A stretch of DNA of 63,126 nt, counting the filler, from Octopus bimaculoides (lineage: Eukaryota), in NCBI RefSeq assembly GCF_001194135.2. It is 6 parts of 6 records of this genome, joined end to end, with 100 filler letters (N's around TTAATTAATTAA, not from the genome) between each part and the next. Parts side by side here need not be neighbours in the genome. Positions count along the whole stretch, not along the records: positions 34,912 to 59,575 come from NC_068993.1; 5 more parts are not named here. One strand, given 5' to 3'. A program made the position numbers and the translations under genes. Below the pieces are notes generated by a model. The model was not told where the DNA came from, did no database searches, and saw nothing but the letters and a program-made list of their open reading frames with translations. Position 1 is the stretch's first letter; every line of letters begins with the position of its first letter. Shown in pieces: positions 38,481 to 52,860 of the stretch.

Positions 38481-39981
38481 TTATTTGAAAGAATCTTATA
38501 AAATACTTTTTCTTTGTTGTTATTCTCTATCGATATTTTGAAAAAAAGTCTATATCATGTGTTTCATTTGATAGAAGAATCGACTATAAACTTGTTAATA
38601 CATTACACACAAAGATTAAGGTAAATAAATAACTTTTTTTTTTAGAGACGTTCTGCATATTGATGTCGTATAGGTTTTCAAGTCCTTCAGAAAAGAAAAG
38701 TAAAAAAAAAAAAGTCCTTCAGAAAAAAAAAGGTAAAAAACAGAAATCAATCTTCTTTAAATAAATTCAACTCAGCTTGCCAAATTTTCAGTGCCACCAA
38801 CGAGACCAAATATTCTAAAACAACATACTACGACTTGGCGAAAAAAGCAAAACAAAACACCGCTATTAGACAGTTATTTCCGAGAAGTTGTCAACCGTTT
38901 CGAATAACTCTATTTTACCGTCAATAAAAACTTGTCCTTTGATGAATATATTATCATTGCTATAGATAGAAGAAACTTAACTACAGAACAACTGTCAGGA
39001 ATAGTCTGAGAAAACAACAAGACAAATACTAATGCTCAGATTAAAATATATGTCTTGTATTCTTAGTATATATTTCAATGGCAATGAATCTTGGTAAATT
39101 TATGCTAATCAGGAAGAGGAATTCAATAGTTTAAATCACCGCTGACTATCTTGTATTTTCGGCATTTCTTTTTGTAAAGAGAAAGTTTCACACAGCAAGG
39201 TCTTGACCAAATGCAATATATCATGTATATATACTTAGCTTTGAGATTCACTAACGTTAATCGCTTGTATGAAACAACATCGAGAACGTACTATATTCTA
39301 TGGTCGCTGCAGAAAATACACCACCCGTTGTTCATCTTCATTGTTAGAGTGATATTTTCGAAATCCATTTAGTGGGGGAGTAAAAGGGTTGGGGCAACGT
39401 ACGCAGAAAATTTGGGACGACTATAAGTTGGATAGGTGCATTTAGTATATAAACTGCCGAATAGCGAATATAAGAGCAAGTAACAGGTAAAGAAAGAAAT
39501 ATATGGGAAAAAGACACAACAGACAATTTTCTGTATTTTTTTCTTTCATCATTTATTTGAATCTGTTGCTATACCGCGGCCATACTGGAGTAATGCCTTC
39601 AAAAGTTTATTCGAATAATTTGACACCGGTACTTAGTTTTTAAAGTCTGGTATTAAACCACGGGGTCGTAAACAATCCAACATTGAGAGTTAAACGGTGT
39701 GCAAGACAAATACAAGCATAAAGGCACTTACACTCAAATATATATATATGTATATATTTATATATAAGTAAGAGTAATATTCTATCTCATACCCATATAA
39801 AATTACACGCATAAATTCACATGCTATTATTTATGTCTTTATGTGGTTTCTCGAAATCCGGCGATTCCAACAAAAATTATTTCACATTCTCTCAAATATT
39901 TATAAAATCATATGACGTCATCTACACATAGTTCTCGCTGGTAAGAATAAAGTTTCGGAAAAGGATGGACAAGATAGCAGG

Positions 39982-40052
39982 ATTGCACTGGTTCAATGGT
40001 AGAATGCTTGGCATGAGTTCGGGAAATATGGGTTCGATTCCCAATGACAACC
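39982..40052 (+). pseudogene. tRNA-like sequence (Gly-like pseudogene or orphan SINE head)
   Basis: A-box TGGTTCAATGGTAGAATG and B-box GGGTTCGATTCCC at tRNA spacing. Acceptor and anticodon stems are not intact. Confidence 0.5.
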
Positions 40053-41223
40053 TTCGTATTTTTCTACACTGAATTGTATTTAAACCCCAAATTTACATAG
40101 TATTGGTAGATATGTGAGATCAAAACTTCTAAAACAGAATTAAATAATTAAATAATTAAAAATTCTCTCCAAAGCTTAGTAAATTCTTATGATGTCAACA
40201 ATATATATATATCTATTTCTTTATCTATCTATTTATCCATCTATCTATCTATAGGTTGATAGATATAGATATATGTATATATAAATGTGCGTGCATGCAT
40301 ATACATATATATAAATGCACACATACACACATACACACATACATATATATATGTGTGTGTGCATAAACATTTATATATATACGCATAAACATTTTTATAT
40401 ATATTAGATTTCTACAAATGATTTATATGGATAAAACACACACACTCACAGATATGCATGCTTATCTACGCAGTTATGCGCGCTCACGTACGCATGCACA
40501 TACAAACACACACATACACACACATATACATATATAATGCATTTTGTGCATATGTGTGCATGTACGTGCATCGAAATGCTTGCAAGCGTATATGACTATG
40601 TAGTGCGACAGTGTGTTCGTCTGCCTATGGTTATGTTTATCATACGTGGGACGGAAATGCTTTGGGAAGAAGCCAGATGAAATCCAGATAAACGATTGGA
40701 TCTGGGCCGAACGCTCCATCATCTGGAGTTAATAGACTGGCTTATGAACTGTATCCTATTTAATATTTGTTTCCACACGTAAATAGATAGAATAACAAAA
40801 ATACAGACGTAGATACACGTATATACTGGAATACGAATATATATGCGTATGTAACAATGTGTGTGTATGTGTGTGTATATAGATATATATATACACATAC
40901 ACATATGTGCATTTAAATATACTTGCACTTGAATATAATTTACATATATATATATGTATATATGTATATATACGTATATACGCGTTTGTGTGTATCTATA
41001 TATATATAAATAAATATCTTAATATGATATGATATATATATATATACATATACATATACATATGACAATATATTTTTTATTATGTACGCATATACTTTTA
41101 TTCATCTATGCATATGTGTATCCATATATACACACATATGCGCTCGCACACACACACATACACAGACACTATCACATACAGACACCAATATATATAAATG
41201 CATATACATATGTATATGTGTGA

Positions 41224-41267
<44 letters not shown>

Positions 41268-41804
41268 NNNNNNNNNNNNNNNNNNNNNNNNNNNNNNNNN
41301 NNNNNNNNNNNNNNNNNNNNNNNNNNNNNNNNNNNNNNNNNNNNNNNNNNNNNNNNNNNNNNNNNNNNNNNNNNNNNNNNNNNNNNNNNNNNNNNNNNNN
41401 NNNNNNNNNNNNNNNNNNNNNNNNNNNNNNNNNNNNNNNNNNNNNNNNNNNNNNNNNNNNNNNNNNNNNNNNNNNNNNNNNNNNNNNNNNNNNNNNNNNN
41501 NNNNNNNNNNNNNNNNNNNNNNNNNNNNNNNNNNNNNNNNNNNNNNNNNNNNNNNNNNNNNNNNNNNNNNNNNNNNNNNNNNNNNNNNNNNNNNNNNNNN
41601 NNNNNNNNNNNNNNNNNNNNNNNNNNNNNNNNNNNNNNNNNNNNNNNNNNNNNNNNNNNNNNNNNNNNNNNNNNNNNNNNNNNTATGATTACAGCTGATT
41701 GAAATACCAATTAATCTCCTTAAGTCACCTGATCCCGACTAGTTAGGTTTCTTTTACGAGCCTACGAAATTCTATGTTGCATGGGGGCGAATCAAACCGA
41801 TTTA

Positions 41805-41837
<33 letters not shown>

Positions 41838-41838
41838 G

Positions 41839-41875
<37 letters not shown>

Positions 41876-41899
41876 AGTACCAATCAATTAGCTGGAATT

Positions 41900-42105
41900 C
41901 AAGGCGTCGAGATGGCAGAATCGTTAGCACGCTGGACGAAATTCTTAGCGGTATTTCGCTCGTCGCTAAGTTCTGATTTCAAATTTCACCGAGTTCCACT
42001 TTGCTTTTCATCCTTTCGAGGTCGATAAATTAAGTACCAGTGGAACATTAGGGTAGACTAATCCTTTCCCTGCAAATTTCAACCCTTGTGCCTTTAATAT
42101 AAAAG
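41900..42105 (+). mobile_element. SINE family A
   Basis: gatggcagaatcgttagcacgc...tcatcctttcgaggtcgataaattaagtaccag. Confidence 0.8.
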
Positions 42106-42758
42106 ATTAACTAGTAAAGAATTCCCGAGGTTGATAATTATAAATAATTATCTTGTTACAAAAGTGACGAACATACTCAAAAGACATCGTTAATGAAACA
42201 GATTCTCTTTGAGAACAAATGGAAGCAATTATAATCAAATAGCTGGATTAATAAGGTATATATTAGTTATAAAATTCTATCGCTAATACATAATCTCAAA
42301 CTAGGTTTTAATGCGATTATTATTGTTATACTTGTTTACACCCAAATCGGTCTTAATCCAATACAACTATGATGAAATAAAATACCAGCTAATATGTGAT
42401 GTGACAAAGACGATATTATCGACTGTTCTATTATTTAAGAGGTTAGGATATGATGTTTAATATATGTGGCTGCTATTTTTAGTGACTAGTAACTGGCTTC
42501 CCCGTCGGCTAGTTGTTTAATATCAAGATGTAGTACGTCGGAAAGAAATAAATATCGGAGAAATGATCTGAGGCGGCAATGTAGACGCTATAAAAATTAT
42601 TGAAATTTCGCCAGGTAGACTGGCATTGCATCAATTTAGTAAAGTTGTGCTCATAAAGTGAATGTAATATATGTGAACACGCACATACGCAAGCCACACA
42701 CACACACACTGAGAGATAAGCGGTGTGCGAGACAAATACATACATAAAGGCACTTACA

Positions 42759-42793
<35 letters not shown>

Positions 42794-42805
42794 GTGTGTG
42801 TGTGT

Positions 42806-42841
<36 letters not shown>

Positions 42842-43849
42842 CTATCTATCTATCTATCTATCTATTTATGTGTAAGTGTATGCCTGTGTCATCTCTGTGC
42901 TTATCACCGCCAGGCCTGTTTACGGTCCCGTTACTTAGCGATTCGCAAAGAGCGTCCAATACATTAAGTACCAGACATTAAAACGAAAAGCAGTACTAGG
43001 ATCGATTTTATTCGACTAAGTATTTTAAGGCAATGCCTGAACATTGCTGCAATCGAATGTCTAAAATAAGAAAAAAAACAACAACAAAACAAAAAAATAC
43101 GATACTTGACAGGCAGTTTGTCTTGTTGAAATACAAGGATTTGTGTGTTAAATACACGAAAGCATATCTTCTAAGTCTTGTGTGTGATAAATAAAATACT
43201 CTAATGGTTTAACGTATATCGCATCACATTGCAATACAACACAACAGCTCGTCTCAAGTATAATTTTATATAAGATTCAAGTGTGTTAAATAAATACTGA
43301 TATCTCGTATTGGAACACAGATAAAAAGTTTAGGTGTGGAGAAGATCAGGACTAATGCATTCGATCGCCAGTTATTGAGTGACAGTTTATTTTATTGATT
43401 ATAGAAGGATGATAAGCAAAATCTTATAGGTGCAGGAACGGTTGTGTGGTTAAGAAGCTAGCATTGTATCCACTCGGTTTCGGGTGCCTGAGGTAAGGAT
43501 TTCGCACTACAGTCTCGAGCCAACCGATGAACTCTGATTGAATTACATAGAAGGAAACGCGATATGCAGGGTGAAATATCCGATAATTTCCTTCGTTGGA
43601 CACCCACACATGGACATACAAGTCTCGGCAGCCCAGCAAGAGCATATATTGTTTGACTTGTGGAAGACACAGGATATCAGATTGAGGATATGAAGACTAT
43701 GGAAGATCCGAACATTTGACATGGAAGAGGTGCATCACTTTTCATCGCTTTACGCACATATACAGAAATGTAGCCATACACACGAACAAGAAGAGAAAGA
43801 GAGGGAGACAGACACATAGACAAATAGAGAAAGGGTGAGAAAGACAGAA

Positions 43850-43908
<59 letters not shown>

Positions 43909-44018
43909 TTGAGAGTAAAGGGGAGAAGGAAGGTAACATTGAAACGTCTGATGTCAAATAAGTCAGCGTCGAATCAGAGACGCCAAATCCAAAGAGGTGG
44001 TGCCAAACCAGATATGAC

Positions 44019-44566
44019 GAATTAGCGGTGGTACTCTATAACAGATTGAAGGTGTGTGGCTTGATACTTACGGTGTTCTAGTCACGATCGCATGATGGTG
44101 GTTTCGATCTTTGGACCGGACGATGATTTGTTTTCTTGAGCAAAATACCCAGGTTTTTCGGTTTAGGGCTGATCTCCATTTTGCATAAAAACAATAATAA
44201 TAAATACTGTACATTCGTATATTTCATTGCACAGGAGGAAGATTTGAACGTAGCACTGAGTTTAAAAGCAGTGTATCTGTTACAAACCCAGTAAAGCTGG
44301 AATTTAACCCAGTTTCCACAAGATATATGTCACTGAAATTTCAACATTCTCCTCTGAGCAGTGCGTCCTTCTGTTGCAGGGTAAACTTCACAGCTTTTGA
44401 TAGAACTCATTTGCACCCGGAGTAGAGTAATATGAAGTATTTTGCTCAAGAAAACAGATCATCGTCCGGTCCAAAGATCGAAACCACCATCATGCGATCG
44501 TGACTAGAACACCGTAAGTATCAAGCCACACACCTTCAATCTGTTATAGAGTACCACCGCTAATTC
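44019..44566. repeat. Near-perfect inverted duplication: 130-bp arms (44019-44148 and 44437-44566), 288-bp spacer
   Basis: Base-by-base comparison gives 129/130 identity (T44128 opposite G44457). The arms contain a decayed SINE head plus unique flank. Confidence 0.95.
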
Positions 44567-44985
44567 CGACACCGAAATTTTGATATATCTCTGGAGTAAA
44601 TATTTTCACTTGGTTGCCCTTTGGCAACGAGATGACGCATCGATGATATGAGATCTTATATATATATCGTACCTTGACGTTTTTCTGGAAAAAGACCTCT
44701 TACGTTGCAAGTAAAGAATTTAATAGACTTCGAGTCTGACAACTGCATTTATTCTCAATCTCAATGCATTCTGTCACGTTATCATGACATACGATGCAAT
44801 ATGTCTGTTTGAGTGCAAGTTCTTAGAAATATAGCAACGTCATTTTCAGTTCTGTATAAATGAAGAGGTAGGAATTTCAATTTCACGGAATATGCATACA
44901 TACATATACGTGAATTCATATATATGTAAATATATATATAAAGTATATATGTATATGTACGTATTTATGTATATATGTATGTATG

Positions 44986-45029
<44 letters not shown>

Positions 45030-46400
45030 NNNNNNNNNNNNNNNNNNNNNNNNNNNNNNNNNNNNNNNNNNNNNNNNNNNNNNNNNNNNNNNNNNNNNNN
45101 NNNNNNNNNNNNNNNNNNNNNNNNNNNNNNNNNNNNNNNNNNNNNNNNNNNNNNNNNNNNNNNNNNNNNNNNNNNNNNNNNNNNNNNNNNNNNNNNNNNN
45201 NNNNNNNNNNNNNNNNNNNNNNNNNNNNNNNNNNNNNNNNNNNNNNNNNNNNNNNNNNNNNNNNNNNNNNNNNNNNNNNNNNNNNNNNNNNNNNNNNNNN
45301 NNNNNNNNNNNNNNNNNNNNNNNNNNNNNNNNNNNNNNNNNNNNNNNNNNNNNNNNNNNNNNNNNNNNNNNNNNNNNNNNNNNNNNNNNNNNNNNNNNNN
45401 NNNNNNNNNNNNNNNNNNNNNNNNNNNNNNNNNNNNNNNNNNNNNNNNNNNNNNNNNNNNNNNNNNNNNNNNNNNNNNNNNNNNNNNNNNNNNNNNNNNN
45501 NNNNNNNNNNNNNNNNNNNNNNNNNNNNNNNNNNNNNNNNNNNNNNNNNNNNNNNNNNNNNNNNNNNNNNNNNNNNNNNNNNNNNNNNNNNNNNNNNNNN
45601 NNNNNNNNNNNNNNNNNNNNNNNNNNNNNNNNNNNNNNNNNNNNNNNNNNNNNNNNNNNNNNNNNNNNNNNNNNNNNNNNNNNNNNNNNNNNNNNNNNNN
45701 NNNNNNNNNNNNNNNNNNNNNNNNNNNNNNNNNNNNNNNNNNNNNNNNNNNNNNNNNNNNNNNNNNNNNNNNNNNNNNNNNNNNNNNNNNNNNNNNNNNN
45801 NNNNNNNNNNNNNNNNNNNNNNNNNNNNNNNNNNNNNNNNNNNNNNNNNNNNNTATATATATATATATATATATATATGAATGTATGTATATATGTATGT
45901 ATGTATGTGTATGTGTATGTATGTCTATTCATATATATCTATATATATGCACACGCACACGCACACAGACATGCACATATACAAAAAATACATGTATATA
46001 AATCTATGTCTTGATACAAGCATCTGTGCAAACCTTCATACATACATACATACATACATACCTGAGTCTATATAAACATACATACAGGATTAAGAAGTTA
46101 ATGACACCCACCGCTATGAACCAGAATTTCGAAGGCCCGTTAACACGTAGCGACTCGAACATACGCCTTCAATGAGTGCGAATGAATCTTGCTAGTTATA
46201 AATATTGAACCATCTTTCAAGCCAAACGCGTCCAGTCGTCAGTCATTCTGGATATCTGATCGATGTGACAGCTGTTTACACTCGTACGAATATCTGAGAC
46301 ATCCACTCTTGATGCTCCGAGTGTATTACCGTACAAATGTAAATCTAACAAGAAATCTGAATGCTAGATTTCCGTGTATGTGCGCACGCCTATATTTACA

Positions 46401-46437
<37 letters not shown>

Positions 46438-47059
46438 NNNNNNNNNNNNNNNNNNNNNNNNNNNNNNNNNNNNNNNNNNNNNNNNNNNNNNNNNNNNNNN
46501 NNNNNNNNNNNNNNNNNNNNNNNNNNNNNNNNNNNNNNNNNNNNNNNNNNNNNNNNNNNNNNNNNNNNNNNNNNNNNNNNNNNNNNNNNNNNNNNNNNNN
46601 NNNNNNNNNNNNNNNNNNNNNNNNNNNNNNNNNNNNNNNNNNNNNNNNNNNNNNNNNNNNNNNNNNNNNNNNNNNNNNNNNNNNNNNNNNNNNNNNNNNN
46701 NNNNNNNNNNNNNNNNNNNNNNNNNNNNNNNNNNNNNNNNNNNNNNNNNNNNNNNNNNNNNNNNNNNNNNNNNNNNNNNNNNNNNNNNNNNNNNNNNNNN
46801 NNNNNNNNNNNNNNNNNNNNNNNNNNNNNNNNNNNNNNNNNNNNNNNNNNNNNNNNNNNNNNNNNNNNNNNNNNNNNNNNNNNNNNNNNNNNNNNNNNNN
46901 NNNNNNNNNNNNNNNNNNNNNNNNNNNNNNNNNNNNNNNNNNNNNNNNNNNNNNNNNNNNNNNNNNNNNNNNNNNNNNNNNNNNNNNNNNNNNNNNNNNN
47001 NNNNNNNNNNNNNNNNNNNNNNNNNNNNNNNNNNNNNNNNNNNNNNNNNNNNNNNNNNN

Positions 47060-47095
<36 letters not shown>

Positions 47096-47682
47096 GATGG
47101 GTTTCTTCCAGTTTCCGTCTACCAAATACACTCAGAATGATTTGGTCGGCCCGAAGCTATGGTACAAGACACTTGCCTAATGTGCCACGTAGTAGGACTG
47201 AACCTGGAATCATGTGGTTGGTAAGCAACTTTCTTACCACACAGCCACCCTTGCACATATGTGTGTGTGTGTGTGTGTGTGTGTGGTGCGAGGTGCTATA
47301 TGTGTGTAGGTATATTGTTTTGAGTCTGGATTTCAACTGCATTTTATCTTGATTCCTGAGTTACAAGACTTTGAGGAAAGTGGAACTACGTCGAGACGGA
47401 ATTTTTTCCACGTGAAGTAGCATCTGTCACGGCTTCAACTATAGGTGAACCAGCGTGGTTCCAAAGTATCTCCTGGAAAAGAGCGTTCATAGAAACAACG
47501 GACCAAGAGCAGATATCGCACCTGAGGTCATTTGCTATTCGTCTAAGACAAAATAATTCCGTGCAAATCCTGCCTCCTTATTACTACATTGCTTGTTATA
47601 CTCTTTTCATCAGAAGATTGACGTTTGAGAGGAACTAGTTCTACACGAACCATGCTTGTTGTTATAATTTTTCATTGTGCAG

Positions 47683-47832
47683 ATCGTTCAGCGAACCAAG
47701 ACACCGGAGCAAACACCGTCACATCTCATCAGAAGCCGAGTGACGGAAAGGAAAAATGGCGACTGAAGTCTTCGTCTTTCAACCAAAACACTGGCAATCG
47801 TCTTGGCGTAGAGGTCCTTTTCCACAACATGT
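47683..47832 (+). CDS. Candidate internal exon, unidentified gene
   Basis: Acceptor ttttcattgtgcag. Open frame DRSANQDTGANTVTSHQKPSDGKEKWRLKSSSFNQNTGNRLGVEVLFHNM. Possible phase-1 donor T|GTGAGA; 150 nt. No homology recognised. Confidence 0.25.
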
Positions 47833-47977
47833 GTGAGAAACCTATATCCGTGTCTTCTGGAAAATCTTGCTCAAGGACAAGAACGATCGACACACACACA
47901 CACATATATATAAATATATATACACACATACACATTTATATAAATATATATACTTATATATATACACAAATATACAC

Positions 47978-48020
<43 letters not shown>

Positions 48021-48395
48021 AACAATATATATTTATATATCCATCTTTCTGTCAGTTTGCCTATCTCTCTTTCAATATGCATATATATATATATATATGT
48101 GCGTGAGTGCTTCCGTGTCTGTGAGTGTGTATGTATACATACGATACATATGTCTAGTGTGTGTGTATATATACATATATATATATATATGTGCATGTGT
48201 GTGTATTTGTATGTATGTATGTATGTATGTATGTATATACCTGTGTATATATATATATATACATGTATGTATATGTAACAATGTATATATATATATATAC
48301 ATATATATGTCTGTGTATATATAAACACACACATATTAGTCTGAATATAAGGTCCATATATTTGAATATTTCTCTACATCTATCTTTTTCTGCAG

Positions 48396-48472
48396 ATCTA
48401 TGCATAATGGATAGGGAGACCACGAGTGAGGGGCCGGGTGATTCCGAGGAGGAGCAAAATACAGATCATTAA
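48396..48472 (+). CDS. Candidate terminal exon, frame-compatible with 47683-47832
   Basis: Acceptor tctttttctgcag, phase 1, LCIMDRETTSEGPGDSEEEQNTDH*. No homology recognised. Confidence 0.2.
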
Positions 48473-48988
48473 TGGTAATAACTCCAAGACAGACACTTGG
48501 AGAATCGTGACAGCCAAATCGGCATTGTACTGAGTGGCATTCTTTGGTTGTTCACTTTCGTTCTTACTTTCGTTCCCCTCTTGTTTTGTTTGGCCCATTG
48601 CCTCGATCGGTCGTTTATAAGACCACTAAAAATATCTGTCGAAATGGAAAATGATTTCTCATGAAAAATATATTGGAAACATAGAGGAATGGTGGCAGAA
48701 AAATATTTCAGTTAAGCTGGAAATTAATTCTACAATATCCTCCTGATTCTATGACAAGTTGTTAATAAAGAATGAAAAATTACTTTCTTGTAATGTGTTG
48801 TTCGGCGAAAATCGCCATAATATTAAGATCTCTCGCATAGTTGGAATTATTACATCAATAATAATCCAAGTGTAGTGTGTAATTTAATATTGCCACCAAT
48901 GTTCTGCTTCAACGGTTCTAGGCAACAACAAAAACAAAAACAAAACGCATTTCCAATTACGGTGTTAGAAAGCAGTAGCGGTAGCGGT

Positions 48989-49023
<35 letters not shown>

Positions 49024-50835
49024 CAGCATAAGGAGGAACTAAAAGAACAGCGGCGGCTACGACAACATTACCACTAACAACAACAGCACCAACAACACCA
49101 ACAACAACTAACGGAATATTAATAACATCTATAACAGAGGAGCGGGAAAAGAAATAAAAAGGAATTGTGGAATATATACGTGTACTTAAGTATGTATGTA
49201 CATATACATATATATATATATATANNNNNNNNNNNNNNNNNNNNNNNNNNNNNNNNNNNNNNNNNNNNNNNNNNNNNNNNNNNNNNNNNNNNNNNNNNNN
49301 NNNNNNNNNNNNNNNNNNNNNNNNNNNNNNNNNNNNNNNNNNNNNNNNNNNNNNNNNNNNNNNNNNNNNNNNNNNNNNNNNNNNNNNNNNNNNNNNNNNN
49401 NNNNNNNNNNNNNNNNNNNNNNNNNNNNNNNNNNNNNNNNNNNNNNNNNNNNNNNNNNNNNNNNNNNNNNNNNNNNNNNNNNNNNNNNNNNNNNNNNNNN
49501 NNNNNNNNNNNNNNNNNNNNNNNNNNNNNNNNNNNNNNNNNNNNNNNNNNNNNNNNNNNNNNNNNNNNNNNNNNNNNNNNNNNNNNNNNNNNNNNNNNNN
49601 NNNNNNNNNNNNNNNNNNNNNNNNNNNNNNNNNNNNNTATATATATATATATATATATATTTATTTATTTATAATACTTACGTACACAACATGTATAACC
49701 GAGCCATGCTACAGGTATCTTTGTAATGGAGGAAAATATATCCTATCACGTTGTTTGTAACAAGAACTCTATTATCAGTGAATATTATGCTCTCTCCATT
49801 CGGCATATATGTATTTATAATCATGCACGCGTACATACCTAGACATGCACACACACATAACATACTTACGTAATTCTTGCGTGGATAGCGAGAGACAGAG
49901 AGAGAGAGAGATTACGAGAGAGAGAATTGAAAGAGGGAGAAAGGGAGAGAGAGAGAGAAAAAGAGGCACACGAGCAGAGAGACAGATAGACAGATAAGTA
50001 GACTTCTTGGCAGATTTTGTTTTGCGTCGATTTTAAAAAGCAGGAGTCCAGTGTCTCGGACAATTGAGCAACCCGCATATTCATTTAGCGCTTAAAGTGA
50101 TTCTATTCACGTAATCACCAGGTAGAATAAGCATGGAAGTCTGTGGTGTGGTGAAATATGTTCATTCCAATAGGATTCTTCCAACTCTCTTTTGCCCTTC
50201 TTTCGTCTACTCAAATTTATTTAAGAGGCTTGGGTCAAATAGAGACTACAGCGAAGTACCTACTCATGATGACATGTAAACCGGACGATCTCGCGACCTA
50301 ACAACAGACAGGTGAACTTTTTATCCAATCAACAAACCACCGTATATAGGATTTATTAGGCTGTACGCACATCACCTGTATGACGAGAGGATATGGCTAA
50401 GTACAATAGTATATATTTCACAGTGAGTTAAAACAAACATGGAGGTATCATGCCTCGGTAGGATTTGCATATATGTAGATATGTGTGTACCAAATCCAAT
50501 TTAATACGTAGGTCCAACTGAAGTTTTTTTTTTTATTCTTGTGGCGTAGGTATAAAAATGAAGCACACAAATTGAGTTTAAAATTTACGACAGCTGTTTC
50601 GGTAGAATTTTACTGATTACATCATAGCATCCATCCAACATCTTGAGGTAAATGTTTAAACAGGTATGAACAACTTAGGTAAAACCTTGATGATGACATA
50701 TCTAAACACATATTGTATACTTACCCACATATGGGGGCTGCTGGACGGTTCCTAACTTTAAGGGGGATCGCGAAAAACCTGACTAAAAACCAAACATTCC
50801 GAGTTGTTTTAAAGAGCTTAGAGGAACTGAAGGAT

Positions 50836-51194
<359 letters not shown>

Positions 51195-51195
<1 letters not shown>

Positions 51196-51425
51196 GGCGA
51201 GTTGGCAGAATCGTTAGCGTGCTGGCCTAAATGCTTAGCGGTATTTTCTCCGGTCTTGACGTTCCGAGTTCAATTCCGCTGTGGTCGACCTTTCCTTTTA
51301 TCCTTTCGGGGTCGATAAAATAAGTATCAGTCAAATACTGACGTCGATGTAATCGACTACCTCACCACCACCACCACCACCAGCACACACACTCATTTTC
51401 AGGCCTTGCATCGTTACTAGAAAGG
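51195..51425 (+). mobile_element. SINE family A
   Basis: ggcgagttggcagaatcgttagc...tcctttcggggtcgataaaataagtatcag. Confidence 0.8.
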
Positions 51426-51436
51426 GTAATTATTAC

Positions 51437-51493
<57 letters not shown>

Positions 51494-52609
51494 TATTATT
51501 ATTATCATTGCCTCCTACTTAACGTAATTTTAGTGACAAATCACATCACGTCCAACTTCCGACCATAATACAAAAACGTTATATATGACACTATGTCAGC
51601 AAACAGAGAAAAAAAAATCCTCGAAGTCTTGCCTCTTAAAAATCATTGCATCTCTCTAGACGGAGGACATAAGGAAATCAATCTTAATTTCTATAGAAAT
51701 TTATATATTTTTCCATCGTCTGCTTTTGTAGTTACGTATTTTATTTAATTAGACGAAACGGTTTATATTCAATAGATTGATTTATTATTTTCTATCATCC
51801 ACTATTAATGTCTGTCTTGATTTCTACAACCAATTTTTTCTGGGCGAAAAAAGAAATCAGACCATCAGACATATTAATATATTTCCTTCCAAAGTTCTTT
51901 TATTTTGATTAGGAATCCACCACCTTCAGCTGTCGTTCTTGTTGTTATTGTGTTGACGGCGATAGTAAAGGCGGTTGTTGATGTATTTTGCTAGGGTTTG
52001 TTGTGCGCTCTTTTCCACGAACATTGTTGTTCTCTATTGAATGAGTCGTAAAACGCCAAAATGCGCAACAAGAAAAAATAAAAGAAAAAGAAAATTCATT
52101 CAGCGAATATTCTCGGCGGAGAATCGGGGGTTGGGGGTTGGTTATGTATGTCATTTATTCTGAGAAGTCTTCAGCAGTTTATTTCAAAGATTTGTGGCCG
52201 AGACGTTTAATATGCGACAATTTAAGGAGTATGGGAATTGTTGTGTGGCAGCTAAACGGCAATTGCAATATACGGCCATAACCGGGAGATCAGGTTAATC
52301 AAAGAAATTAAGAAGTTCAAAACTGGATGTTTTAGTGAGAAGAATTCAAGGAATTGAATAACCGTTGTTATGTGTTATATGACGGTTATTATGATATGTA
52401 ATTAATTATTTACTTAAAAATCAATATTCTGAAGTCATTATCTCTTATTCTCTTTCTTTCTCAGTTTTTTTCTCTCACACTCAGTATGTATCTTATTCAA
52501 CCAACCACAACAAGATATGTTGACACGCTTCACCATGCCTTCGCAGCCATAATCTGAACACCGTACCCCATAATGTACATGTGAATATAGGTATAAGTAT
52601 TTAGACATG

Positions 52610-52860
52610 GTGGAGACGCGTGGCTTAGTGGTCAGGATGTCAGCATCATGATCGTAAGATTGTGGTTTCGATTCTGGGACCGGGCGACGCGTTGTGTTCT
52701 TGAGCAAAACACTTCATTTCGCGTTGCTCCAGTCCACTCAGCTGAGGTCGTATTGCCTTTAATATTTTTGGTGTCGATGAAATAAGCACCAGTTGTACGC
52801 TGGGGTCGGTGTAATCGATTTAGCCGCTACTCCGAAATTGCTGGCATTGTGTAGAAATTG
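52610..52860 (+). mobile_element. Composite SINE: family B head joined to family A body
   Basis: ggagacgcgtggcttagtggtcagg...gtttcgattctgggaccggg, then gaggtcgtattgccttt...gtcgatgaaataagcaccag. Confidence 0.7.

Noticed and set aside
47375-47450. GKWN..RE.AS.T as an iGluR S1 segment (GKWNGMVGEL..READ.AVA.LTI)
   Set aside because: Only the first four residues match; the GM.GEL, AD.A and T..R ligand residues are absent.
48398-48598. Minus-strand 66-aa ORF with a hydrophobic C-terminus
   Set aside because: It is short, has no recognisable family and overlaps a plus-strand exon candidate; it cannot be supported.
50715-50835. Minus-strand exon candidate for STOX (GG|GTAAGT at about 50724)
   Set aside because: The sequence is a mariner-type MITE fragment related to 32788-32940 and has no STOX similarity.
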